Part shown: positions 1 to 9,182 of the stretch, piece after piece
Layout: every line of letters starts with the position of its first letter
Numbering within the stretch: the stretch's first letter is position 1
DNA from: a virus
Lineage: Duplodnaviria; Caudoviricetes
Length of the DNA stretch: 53,481 bases
Direction: 5' to 3' (one strand)
IMG/VR virus record: IMGVR_UViG_3300044707_000344
Coordinates: 1 to 53,481 of that record
The notes under the pieces: model-generated
Seen by the model: the letters and a program-made list of their open reading frames with translations, nothing else
Database searches by the model: none
What the model was told of the DNA's origin: nothing
Program-made: the position numbers and the translations under genes

Positions 1-236
1 TGTCGGTGGTGAGCCGACCAGACCTCCGGTACGACGTCGCGAATGGCCAATGCCTATGTGCGTCGTGCCACAGCAAGAAGACAGTGCGCGGTGGTTGACC
101 CGGGGGACGTGGAACTTTTGGAAGCCCTTAGGTTGACACAGGGTGCATATATAAAGAACGGAGGCCACACCCGACCCCATAGGGGGGGCACGGCAAAGGC
201 CGGCAACGAGGTAAACCACAGGTGATCCCTGCGCGT
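1..236. repeat. Terminal direct repeat, left copy (circular or terminally redundant phage genome)
   Basis: 1-236 is identical to 53246-53481 except T128 vs G53373. Confidence 0.97.
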
Positions 237-323
237 GCGCGGCCGGGGGTTTTCGGCCCCCCCCTCTACGAGTCTCACAACTGCGTTCTCTAGCCCGTTT
301 CCCCTCACTAATAGTTTCCCTAC

Positions 324-956
324 ATGAACATCCGAAACCGCGTCAAATCGCTCCGTATGGTGCCTGCCAGCGACCTCAAGCCCAATCCGAAGAACTGGAG
401 AACGCATCCCAAGGCTCAACAGGATGCGCTCCGCGGTGTTCTTGCGGAGGTCGGGATGGCAGATGCCTGCCTTGCGCGTGAGCTGCCCGACGGCTCCCTC
501 ATGCTGATCGACGGTCACCTTCGAGCCGAGACGGCGGCGAACGCGACCGTACCAGTTTTGGTACTCGACGTGAACGAGGCCGAGGCCGACAAGATTCTTG
601 CCACGCTAGACCCGCTCGCGGCGATGGCTGACAGCGATGCCGCCAAGCTCGATGAGTTGCTTCGCAACGTGGACACCGGCAGCGAGGCATTGCAGATGCT
701 TCTCACGTCGACGGCGGCGCAAGCAGGGCTCTATGACACTAGCAAAGACCCAGAGGCTTCTGTCGATGACGTATGGCAGGGCATGCCAGAGTGCGAGAAC
801 GAAGAGCTCGACAAATACAAGGTCATCGTGCACTTCAAGACGCCGGAGGACCGCCAGGAGTTTTTTCAGACAATCGGCCAAGAGTGCACAGACAAGACAA
901 AAGCAATTTGGTTCCCAGAAGTCCTAGATACAGACATGAAGAACTACGAATCATGA
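324..956 (+). CDS. ParB/Srx-like N-terminal domain protein fused to a short C-terminal WQGMPE...KTKAIWFP domain
   Basis: LKPNPKNWRTH and LIDGHLRAE are ParB-type motifs; first gene of the cassette before terminase; stop overlaps next start (ATGA). Confidence 0.8.
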   Translation: MNIRNRVKSLRMVPASDLKPNPKNWRTHPKAQQDALRGVLAEVGMADACLARELPDGSLMLIDGHLRAETAANATVPVLVLDVNEAEADKILATLDPLAAMADSDAAKLDELLRNVDTGSEALQMLLTSTAAQAGLYDTSKDPEASVDDVWQGMPECENEELDKYKVIVHFKTPEDRQEFFQTIGQECTDKTKAIWFPEVLDTDMKNYES

Positions 957-1813
957 ATCCGCAGCATCCGGTTTACGTCATCTCTAAGGGGCGGTGGGAA
1001 TCTAGGCTGACCGCGCGCGCTCTTGAGCTCCGCAATATCCCGTACCGCATAGTCATCGAGCCGCAGGAATACAAGCAGTACGCTTCGGTTATCGACCCTA
1101 AAAAAATCCTTGTTCTTCCATTCAGCAACCTAGGGCAAGGATCAATTCCAGCCCGCAACTGGGTGTGGGAACACTCAATATCAGAAGGGCACGCGTGGCA
1201 CTGGATTCTCGATGACAACATCAGAAAGTTTTATCGCTATCACAAAAATATGAAGTGGCGAACGACCGACGGCACATCGTTCAAGGTCATTGAGGATCTG
1301 TCGGATCGCTACGAGAACGTCGGGCTATCTGGCAAGCAGTACGCGATGTTCATTCCAAGGAAGCGAAAGCGACCTCCGCTCATTCTCAATACACGCATTT
1401 ATTCGTGCATCCTTATTCGAAATAATTTGCCGTTTCGGTGGAGGGGCAGATACAACGAAGACACAGACCTCTCGCTTCGCGTTCTCAAGGCAGGCATGTG
1501 CACAATCCTCTGCCAAGCCTTTTTAGCAGAGAAGATGCCGACGATGACTATGAGCGGCGGCAACACAGAAGAGCTTTACAAGCAGAACGAGCAGATGGAT
1601 GGGCGGCTCAGGATGGCAGAAGCGTTGCGAGCGTTTCACCCAGATTGCGTTCGCGTAGTTTGGAAGTGGAATCGCTGGCAGCACTCGGTTGACTACGGTC
1701 CGTGGAGGAAAAACAGGCTGGTCTTGAGGGACGGAATCTCGATCTCGGCAGAGCCACAGGATTATGGGCTGACCCTTAGGTACAAGCAGAAAGCTATTGC
1801 GGATGACTGCTAG
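953..1813 (+). CDS. GT-A fold glycosyltransferase, TET-associated/GREB1-like (TAGT) family
   Basis: VYVISKGR, PARNWVW, HWILDDNI (DxD-like), YSCIL, WRGRYNEDTDLSLR, MSGGNT; start placed at ATG 953. Confidence 0.8.
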   Translation: MNPQHPVYVISKGRWESRLTARALELRNIPYRIVIEPQEYKQYASVIDPKKILVLPFSNLGQGSIPARNWVWEHSISEGHAWHWILDDNIRKFYRYHKNMKWRTTDGTSFKVIEDLSDRYENVGLSGKQYAMFIPRKRKRPPLILNTRIYSCILIRNNLPFRWRGRYNEDTDLSLRVLKAGMCTILCQAFLAEKMPTMTMSGGNTEELYKQNEQMDGRLRMAEALRAFHPDCVRVVWKWNRWQHSVDYGPWRKNRLVLRDGISISAEPQDYGLTLRYKQKAIADDC

Positions 1814-2633
1814 CACGCAATCCGTAACCGCGGTGCCTCCCAAGAAGGCGCTGTTGCTATTCCTTGAATCGCTTTCCGGCCTAGGTGTGCCGGACGCTGA
1901 GGGCATCGGAAGGCTTGCGGCCAGAACGCTAGCATTGATGCAGGGCGACTCGGCGTCGCAGCAGATGCTGCGTAGCGGCCACCTAATGAAGCGATGGTAT
2001 GCGTCGCTTGATGCAGGCCAGCCGGACTACGGCGTTTACGACTCTCCTCTGTACCTCGCTGAACTGTGGGCTTGCTGGATCGTCTATTCGCGGAAGTATC
2101 TGCTCGGCCTGCATCCCACGAGAAACTTTCCGCCTGTCGGCATTGCTGCAAGAATGGCCCCAGTCAGGAGAATCGTAGACCTTGGTTGCGGCGCTGGATA
2201 CACGACATCCGCGTTTCGGGAGTTGTTCCCCGCGGCGGAAGTTGTCGGGACAAACATCAGCGGATCAATCCAGTATCGCGTTGCTTGCCGCATGGCTGAG
2301 CAGTTTGGGTTCTCTATGGTGCCAACCGTTGAAGATGCCGCCGGCCCCACGACTTTTGTTTTTGCCTCGGAATACTTTGAGCACATTCACTCGCCAATCG
2401 AGCATCTGTACGAAGTAGTGCGGAACCTAAAGCCTCGATTCATGCTGATTGCAAACGCGTTTGGCACGACGGCCATTGGTCATTTTCACACGTACAAGGT
2501 CGGCGGAAAATTGCTAGACGGCAAGGCCACCCAGCGAGTATTCAACGCCGACATGAAGCGGCTTGGCTATGTGAAAATCAAGACAAAACTGTGGAACAAC
2601 CGCCCCGCGTTTTGGGCAAGAAAGGCAGGTTGA
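1803..2633 (+). CDS. Class I SAM-dependent methyltransferase
   Basis: IVDLGCGAG glycine-rich motif I and FASEYFEHI; substrate unknown. Confidence 0.75.
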   Translation: MTASTQSVTAVPPKKALLLFLESLSGLGVPDAEGIGRLAARTLALMQGDSASQQMLRSGHLMKRWYASLDAGQPDYGVYDSPLYLAELWACWIVYSRKYLLGLHPTRNFPPVGIAARMAPVRRIVDLGCGAGYTTSAFRELFPAAEVVGTNISGSIQYRVACRMAEQFGFSMVPTVEDAAGPTTFVFASEYFEHIHSPIEHLYEVVRNLKPRFMLIANAFGTTAIGHFHTYKVGGKLLDGKATQRVFNADMKRLGYVKIKTKLWNNRPAFWARKAG

Positions 2634-2635
2634 TC

Positions 2636-3163
2636 ATGGGCAAACGCGGCCCCGCCCCCGAGCCTTCGATTCTGAAATACATTCGCGGCAACCCGTCGAA
2701 GGGGTCGCTGCCATCGAGCGAGCCGACGCCTGCCCTCGTGCCGCAAGACTTCCCGCCGCCTAAGACGCTCGACGCGAAGGGCATTGAAATCTGGAACGAC
2801 ACTGTGCCAAAGCTCGCGCGGATGCGCGTGCTGACCGAGGCCGACGTGCCAACGCTGACGCGATACTGCATCGAATCGTCGCTCTATCTTGCCTGCTATG
2901 AGAAAGTGAAAGTCGGCGGCGAGGAATACACGCACTGGGAGCCAGACCCAAACCGCACCGATGGAAAGCTCCGAATCAAATACACGCAGGTCGCCCCGTG
3001 GGCAACGCAGATGCACCGGCACCACGCCGCAATGCTGCGGATTGAGCAAGAGTTCGGCATGACGCCGAGCAGCCGGTCACAGGTAAGCACGACCAATGGC
3101 AACGCCGAATCAGACCCGATTGCAGCCTTTGTCCAAAAGCGCGGCAAAAAAACAGGGGCTTGA
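2636..3163 (+). CDS. terS: Terminase small subunit (P27 family)
   Basis: MGKRGPAP...RGNP N-terminus and EFGMTPSSRS C-terminus; directly before TerL. Confidence 0.92.
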   Translation: MGKRGPAPEPSILKYIRGNPSKGSLPSSEPTPALVPQDFPPPKTLDAKGIEIWNDTVPKLARMRVLTEADVPTLTRYCIESSLYLACYEKVKVGGEEYTHWEPDPNRTDGKLRIKYTQVAPWATQMHRHHAAMLRIEQEFGMTPSSRSQVSTTNGNAESDPIAAFVQKRGKKTGA

Positions 3164-4703
3164 TTACTGGTTCGACCCCGAGCGGGCCGTTCACGCCATA
3201 GAGTTTTTTGAGGGCTGGCTGCGGCACAGCAAAGGAAAGTTCGCCAATCAGCCTTTTCTGCTGCTTGATTGGCAGAAGGAAATGATCGCGGAGCTATTCG
3301 GCTGGGTGCGTGTCGCCGACGATCTGCGCCGCTACCGCGTAGCGTACATCTCGACAGCAAAGAAATCGGGCAAGTCTACGATCCTTGCGGGCATAGGTCT
3401 CTATCTTCTCGTCATGGATGGCGAGAATGGGGCCGAGGTCTACGGTGCCGCGGCCGACCGCGAGCAGGCATCGGTCGTGTTCCGCGAGGCCGCAAGCATG
3501 GTGCGAGCCTCCCCCCTGCTCTCGCAGCAGCTAGAGGTCATCGACTCTCGCCGCACGATTGCCTACCGCAAGGAGGCGTCGTTCTACCGCGTCCTTTCCG
3601 CCGACGCCTTCCGTGCGGAAGGATTGAATATCCACGGGCTGCTGTTCGACGAGCTTCACGCTCAAAAAGATCGCCGCCTGTGGGATGCCCTCCGCTACGG
3701 TGGCGCGGCCCGCGAGCAGCCGCTGCTCTGCTCGATCACGACGGCAGGCTACGACCGCAAGGGCATCTGCTATGAGCAGTACCAGTATGCCAAGGCGGTC
3801 GCGGCGAACTGGCGGCACGACCCGACGTTCTTCTCGTGCATCCACGAGATGGAGGAGGGAGCCGATTGGAAAGACCCCGACGTGTGGCCCCAGGCGAACC
3901 CGTCGTGGGGCGTGACGATCAAGCCGGGCGACTTCGCCCTCGACGCCAAAGAGGCCGAGCAGTCGCCAACCAAGCTCAACTCATTCCTCCGCTACCGGCT
4001 CAACACTTGGACCTCCTCTGACGTTCGGTGGCTGTCGCCGGAAACGTGGCAGCAAGGTTCGGTGCCGCTCCGCGAGTTCGGCGACCGGCCTGTGTACGCG
4101 GGCCTTGATCTTGCCACGACCTACGACCTCTCTGCCCTGGTCCTTGTCTGCCCCGATCCCGAGGACGGGAGCATTGACGTGCTGCCGTTTTTCTGGATTC
4201 CAGAATCCAACGCCGTCGAGCGGAGCCAGCGGGACAAGGTGCCGTACACCGACTGGATACGCGATAGACATCTCCGCACCACGGACGGCAACGTGACCGA
4301 CTACACGGTTCTCCACCGCGACATTTCCGCCATCTGCGAGCAATATCGCGTGCGACAATTAGCGGTCGACCTGAAGTTCAACGGGCAGATGATCGCCAAT
4401 ATGCTGCAAGGGGACGGGGTTGAAATGAGAGGATTTCCGCAGGGCGGTCGCGCGATGAGTGCGCCGGCCAAGGCTCTGGAAAACTTGGTCGGCAATTCCA
4501 AGATTCGACACGCAGGGCATCCTATCCTGACGTGGTGCGCTGGAAACGTCGCGGTGCACGAAGACCGCTACGGGAACATTTATCCGAGCAAAGCCAAGTC
4601 AACGGAACGAATCGACGGCATCGTCGCCTTATGTCAGGCGATTGGGTGCTGGGCCATAGCCGACCAAACGCCGTCACAAACGCCCGAGATCTTTTTTCTA
4701 TGA
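3096..4703 (+). CDS. terL: Terminase large subunit
   Basis: Walker A AKKSGKST, Walker B LLFDELH, ITTAG, nuclease GLDLA and RIDGIVA. Confidence 0.97.
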   Translation: MATPNQTRLQPLSKSAAKKQGLDYWFDPERAVHAIEFFEGWLRHSKGKFANQPFLLLDWQKEMIAELFGWVRVADDLRRYRVAYISTAKKSGKSTILAGIGLYLLVMDGENGAEVYGAAADREQASVVFREAASMVRASPLLSQQLEVIDSRRTIAYRKEASFYRVLSADAFRAEGLNIHGLLFDELHAQKDRRLWDALRYGGAAREQPLLCSITTAGYDRKGICYEQYQYAKAVAANWRHDPTFFSCIHEMEEGADWKDPDVWPQANPSWGVTIKPGDFALDAKEAEQSPTKLNSFLRYRLNTWTSSDVRWLSPETWQQGSVPLREFGDRPVYAGLDLATTYDLSALVLVCPDPEDGSIDVLPFFWIPESNAVERSQRDKVPYTDWIRDRHLRTTDGNVTDYTVLHRDISAICEQYRVRQLAVDLKFNGQMIANMLQGDGVEMRGFPQGGRAMSAPAKALENLVGNSKIRHAGHPILTWCAGNVAVHEDRYGNIYPSKAKSTERIDGIVALCQAIGCWAIADQTPSQTPEIFFL

Positions 4704-6532
4704 TCGCTCACGAGCACCGGATTCTCTGGCTCCCCGGCGAAGAGCGCTCGTGGGATGACGATGGCGGCGGTCGTTCGCCGGCCGGCGTGCGAATCACGCC
4801 AGAGAATGCGACCTCGGTCGCGGCGGTGTTTTCGTGCCTGCGGATTTTGGCCGAGACGGTGGCGGGCCTGCCGCTCCACCTGCTTGAGCGGACGCCTGGC
4901 GGCGGCAAGCGACTCGCCCGCGAGCTGCCGCTGTATCGCAAGCTGCACTCGCAGCCAAACGCATGGCAGACGAGCTTCGAGTGGCGCGAGCAGATGGTGA
5001 TGCACGTCGGCCTGTGGGGCGACGCCGAGAGCGAGCTTGTTCCAGGTCAGTCAGGGGCGATCGACCAGATCGTGCCGCTGCACCCGAGCCGGATGAAGAC
5101 TGAGACGCTGGAGAACGGCCGGCTGCGGTACACGTACCGCGAGGCGAAGGGCAAGCAGACGATCTACACCGACGAGCAGATTCTGCACGTCCGCGGCCCG
5201 AGCGACGACGGCGTGCACGGCATCTCGGTGGTGGAGGAGTGCCGCGACGCGATTGCCCTGGCTCGTGCGTGCGAAATCCACGGGGCGAGATTCTTCGGTG
5301 CCGGTGCCCGGCCGGGATTCATCCTGTCGACCGACAACCAGCTCAACGCCGACGCTCGCCGCGAGCTTGCAGAGAACTGGAACCGCAAGCACCGCGGCTC
5401 GTACAACGCTCACGAGACGGCCGTCCTCACGGGCGGGCTGAAGCCCTACGAGGTGCCATACGCCAGCAACACCGACTCGCAGTATCTGGAGTTGCGTGAG
5501 TACCAGCTTCGCGAGATCGCCAGGCTGTTCCGTATCCCTGGCTATCTGCTAGGGATTGAGCCGGGTACGCCGCAGGCCGAGATTCAATTCGTCACGCACA
5601 CGATCATGCCGTGGCTGCGGCGTCTTGAGTCGGCATTTATGCGCGACCTGATCGTTGACGACGAGCGGTATCTGGTCGAGTTCGACGTGCGGGGGCTCTT
5701 GCGTGGCGATGCCGCCAGCCGGTCGGCGTACTATCGTGCGATGTGGGACATCGGCGTCGTGTCGACCAACGACATCAGGGCGAGCGAGAATCTTGACCCG
5801 GTCGATGGCGGCGACGAGCGGTATCGGCCGCTGAACATGGGGACGCTTGGGGCACCACCGTCAGTCGGCGACGTGCTCGCCCAGCAGCAGCCCGGAAGCG
5901 GCATCGATGGCCAGGCTGTCGAGGGCGGCGTTGCTGCGGCCGTGGATGGCCAGCCAGCCGAGCCTGCGTCTCCCCAGGTGGCCGACGTGTCGCTCAACGG
6001 TGCACAGATCACGGGGCTGATTGCCATCCTGACGCAGATTCCGGCGGGGCTGCTGACAAAGGAAGGGGCGGCGGCACTGATCGCCGCGTCGTTCCCGAGC
6101 ATTACCGCCGCACAGATTGCGTCGATTCTCGCGGGAGTGAGCGAGGCAGCACCGCCGGCAGAACCGGCACCGGCTCCCGTTTTGCAGCCCGAGCAAGCCT
6201 CCGAAGCCCGCGCTGAGCCGGGTACCGTGTCGGAAGGTGACTTCGTGTCGTGGGATTCCTCGGGCGGCCGTGCTCGCGGGCGGATTGACCATGTGATGGA
6301 TTACGGCACGCTCGACATCCCCGGCACCGATTTCAAGATTGACGCTACGAAGGAAGATCCTGCCGCCCTCATCACGCTCTACGAAGAGGTGGCTGGCGGG
6401 TGGCGGGCGACCGAGACGCAAGTCGGGCACAAGGTGTCGACGCTCACGAAGATCGACCCGCTGCCCGAGCCGCCGCCGGTCGAGGAGAACGCCTACGGCA
6501 AGCCCAAGCGGAAGGGGCGGAAGCGTGGCTAG
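4700..6532 (+). CDS. HK97-family portal protein with long C-terminal extension
   Basis: AVFSCLRILAETVAGLP, PNAWQTSFEW, IARLFRIP, RGLLRGD, NDIRASENL; start at ATG 4700. Confidence 0.95.
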   Translation: MIAHEHRILWLPGEERSWDDDGGGRSPAGVRITPENATSVAAVFSCLRILAETVAGLPLHLLERTPGGGKRLARELPLYRKLHSQPNAWQTSFEWREQMVMHVGLWGDAESELVPGQSGAIDQIVPLHPSRMKTETLENGRLRYTYREAKGKQTIYTDEQILHVRGPSDDGVHGISVVEECRDAIALARACEIHGARFFGAGARPGFILSTDNQLNADARRELAENWNRKHRGSYNAHETAVLTGGLKPYEVPYASNTDSQYLELREYQLREIARLFRIPGYLLGIEPGTPQAEIQFVTHTIMPWLRRLESAFMRDLIVDDERYLVEFDVRGLLRGDAASRSAYYRAMWDIGVVSTNDIRASENLDPVDGGDERYRPLNMGTLGAPPSVGDVLAQQQPGSGIDGQAVEGGVAAAVDGQPAEPASPQVADVSLNGAQITGLIAILTQIPAGLLTKEGAAALIAASFPSITAAQIASILAGVSEAAPPAEPAPAPVLQPEQASEARAEPGTVSEGDFVSWDSSGGRARGRIDHVMDYGTLDIPGTDFKIDATKEDPAALITLYEEVAGGWRATETQVGHKVSTLTKIDPLPEPPPVEENAYGKPKRKGRKRG

Positions 6533-7526
6533 GTACGACCACATTGACTTCACGCCGCCCGCGGGCGTGCGGGAGGAGGCGGCGAAGGGGCTGGCATGGC
6601 GAAGCGAATACGGCCGCGGCGGCACGGCAGTCGGCGTGGCTCGCGGACGCGACCTGAGCAACGGCACGACGATCAGCCCCGAGACAGCACGCCGGATGAA
6701 GGCGTATTTCGACCGGCACGAAGTGGACAAGCAAGGCGAAGGCTGGAGTCCCGGCGAGCCGGGCTTCCCCAGCAACGGGCGAATCGCGTGGGCATTGTGG
6801 GGCTCCGACCCCGGGTGGGCGTGGAGTCGCAAACTAGTTGAGCAAATGAACGCCGCAGACGAGGAGAACCGAAGCATGATCGAGCGACGCAGTCTGTACG
6901 AGGAAGAGTCCGCCGACCTGCCGCTGCTCCGAGTGGAGTCACGCTCCGAGGAAGGTGCCGCGGAGTCGCGGTGGATCGTCGGCTACGCCGCGAAGTTCGG
7001 CGTGAACTCGCTCGATCTCGGCGACTTCGTCGAGCGTATTGACCCGCAGGCGTTTGGTATCGTCGCCGAGCGGCGTGGGCGCAAGAAAGCGCTGGAGACG
7101 CGAGCCCTGTGGAACCACGACGCAAACTTCCCGCTCGCTCGGTATCCGGGCACGCTGCGGATGAACGTGGACGACATCGGGCTGCGGTACGAGTTCCCCG
7201 TGCCAGACACGACCTACGGCCGCGACCTCGCTGCGAACATCGACGCGGGCATCGTCCGTGGCTCGTCGTTCTCGTTCCAGATCGCGCCGGGCGGCGAAGC
7301 ATGGAGCGTCGAGGACGGTCGCAGTATCCGCACCGTGACGAAGATCGACTCATTGATCGACGTGGGGCCGGTCACCTTTCCGGCTTATCCCGACGCCGAC
7401 GTGAGCGTAGCCCAGCGATCCTTCAACGCCTTCCGCAGCCAGCGTGACGCGGAGTCGTCCAAGCGGCTGGCGATCCAGGCACGGGCCGCAGACCTCCGCG
7501 AGTACCTCCGCAAGCATGGCCGCTAG
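6525..7526 (+). CDS. HK97-family prohead protease with an extra N-terminal domain
   Basis: IVGYAAKF, ALWNHD, GSSFSF, DVGPVTFPAY; GTG start overlaps the portal stop. Confidence 0.92.
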   Translation: MARYDHIDFTPPAGVREEAAKGLAWRSEYGRGGTAVGVARGRDLSNGTTISPETARRMKAYFDRHEVDKQGEGWSPGEPGFPSNGRIAWALWGSDPGWAWSRKLVEQMNAADEENRSMIERRSLYEEESADLPLLRVESRSEEGAAESRWIVGYAAKFGVNSLDLGDFVERIDPQAFGIVAERRGRKKALETRALWNHDANFPLARYPGTLRMNVDDIGLRYEFPVPDTTYGRDLAANIDAGIVRGSSFSFQIAPGGEAWSVEDGRSIRTVTKIDSLIDVGPVTFPAYPDADVSVAQRSFNAFRSQRDAESSKRLAIQARAADLREYLRKHGR

Positions 7527-7686
7527 GACGAACGACCCATGCGGTTGCCGCCGCGGCAGGCTGGAAATCGCCAGTAGCCAGCGGCACGGCGACTATCAGG
7601 TGCGGTATCTGCGGTGCCGCGCCTGCGGCTGCACTGACAAGCACGTGCTCCATGCGGTCGAGGTCCGCCGGCTGAAGGTCGGCTGA
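7516..7686 (+). CDS. Small zinc-ribbon protein (Ogr/Delta-like arrangement), possible late regulator
   Basis: 56 aa with CGC...RYLRCRAC; fills the gap between protease and capsid genes. Confidence 0.55.
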   Translation: MAARTNDPCGCRRGRLEIASSQRHGDYQVRYLRCRACGCTDKHVLHAVEVRRLKVG

Positions 7687-7711
7687 TTCGTTTACTCTCG
7701 CCGCCCTTTCA

Positions 7712-7742
7712 CTGCAAGGGTCGCGGGGTCTCTCCGTAGTTT
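7712..7742 (+). promoter_or_regulatory. Putative late promoter CTGCAAG-N16-CGTAGTTT upstream of capsid gene
   Basis: Same motif and spacing at 20308-20338; degenerate copy at 45471-45501. Confidence 0.5.
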
Positions 7743-7792
7743 TGAGTGTGCGGGCGGCAAGCGTCGCCCATCCCGTACACAGGAGTCTTCAC

Positions 7793-9151
7793 GTGGACAA
7801 GCTCAAGAAGCTGCTCGACGAACTCGCCGCGGTGGTTGCCGAGATGGAAGCGACCTCGGAAATGCCCTCCGACGGTGACGCTCCCGCGATGAGTGCCGAG
7901 CAGGAGGCGTCCCTCCGCTCGCTCGAGACCCGTGCCGCTGGCCTCCGCGAGCAGATCGAGCTGCTGCAGCGGATTGAGGCGAAGCAGGTCGAACTGCGTG
8001 CCGTTCTGGAGCGTGCCGCTCCCGCCAAGACGGTCGAGAAGACCGAAGCCCCCGAGACCAAGGAGTCCGTCGTGGAAAACCGCAACTACGCTGTCCCCCG
8101 TGCGACCGGCAAGCTCAAGGGCTTCGTCGGCCCCAACGCCGAAGAGCGTGCCTACCGTGCCGGAATGCACCTCAAGGGCTTTGTGCTCGGTGACGAGGAG
8201 GCTCGTCGGTGGTGCCGCGATCACGGCGTCGAGAGCCGTGCCCAGGCGGGCGGCATCAACTCGCTCGGCGGCGTCCTCGTGAGCGAGGAGCTGTCGAGCG
8301 AGATCATCCGGCTCGTCGAGGAGTTCGGCGTGGTGCCGTCGGAGTTCCGCCGCGTCTCGATGAACACGGACAGCATTCTGGTCGCCCGTCGCACCGGCGG
8401 ACTGTCGGCTCGGCCGATCGGCGAGAACGCTGCTCCGACGACCAGTGACGTGACGTTCGACAACGTCAACCTCGTCGCGAAGCTCTGGGGCATCGACAAC
8501 CGCGTGCCCAACAGCCTGCTCGAAGACTCCGTGGTGGACCTGGCTGACGCGATGGCCGTCGAGGTGGCGCAGTCGTTCGCGGAAGCGTTCGACAACGCCG
8601 GCCTCATCGGTGACGGCAGCAGCACGTATCACGGGACGGTGGGCGTGGCGTCGGCCATCAACGATGGCACGCATACCGCGGGCGTGGTGACGGCGACCAG
8701 CCGCACGACGTTCGACGCCCTGACGCTGACCGACTTCACGAACCTCGTGGCTCGGCTTCCGCTGTTCGCTCGGCGGTCGGCGAAGTTCTACATCAGCCCG
8801 GCCGGGTACGGCTCGTCGATGCTGCGGCTCATGGTTGCCAACGCCGGCAACAATGCCTCGGACATTGCTGGCGGTGCGAACCTCCAGTTCCTCGGTTTCC
8901 CGGTCGTTCTCTGCCATCCGCTTCAGTCGGCCCTCACCGGAACGACCGGCACGGTGGCCTGCCTGTTCGGCGACATGAGCCAGGCGGCGACCTACGGCGA
9001 GCGGCGTGCGGTCACGATCAAGACCGACGGCAGCCGGTTCATCGAGTACGACCAGACGCTGACCTTCGCGACCGCTCGCGTGGCGATCGTCGCCCACGAC
9101 CTCGGCTCCACCACCAAGGCCGGCCCGGTGGTCGCCCTCAAGTTCGGCTGA
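7793..9151 (+). CDS. Major capsid protein (HK97 fold, N-terminal delta/scaffold domain)
   Basis: Coiled-coil N-terminus, GGVLVSEE, IGEN, FGDMSQA; AGGAG RBS before GTG 7793. Confidence 0.95.
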   Translation: MDKLKKLLDELAAVVAEMEATSEMPSDGDAPAMSAEQEASLRSLETRAAGLREQIELLQRIEAKQVELRAVLERAAPAKTVEKTEAPETKESVVENRNYAVPRATGKLKGFVGPNAEERAYRAGMHLKGFVLGDEEARRWCRDHGVESRAQAGGINSLGGVLVSEELSSEIIRLVEEFGVVPSEFRRVSMNTDSILVARRTGGLSARPIGENAAPTTSDVTFDNVNLVAKLWGIDNRVPNSLLEDSVVDLADAMAVEVAQSFAEAFDNAGLIGDGSSTYHGTVGVASAINDGTHTAGVVTATSRTTFDALTLTDFTNLVARLPLFARRSAKFYISPAGYGSSMLRLMVANAGNNASDIAGGANLQFLGFPVVLCHPLQSALTGTTGTVACLFGDMSQAATYGERRAVTIKTDGSRFIEYDQTLTFATARVAIVAHDLGSTTKAGPVVALKFG

Positions 9152-9182
9152 ACAACACCCCCTTCCTAGGAGACTCTGATCC

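Noticed and set aside
43-225. 60-aa ORF in the terminal repeat (also 53288-53470)
   Set aside because: Overlaps the HNH 3' end in another frame and the presumed cos/regulatory region; no RBS or motif.
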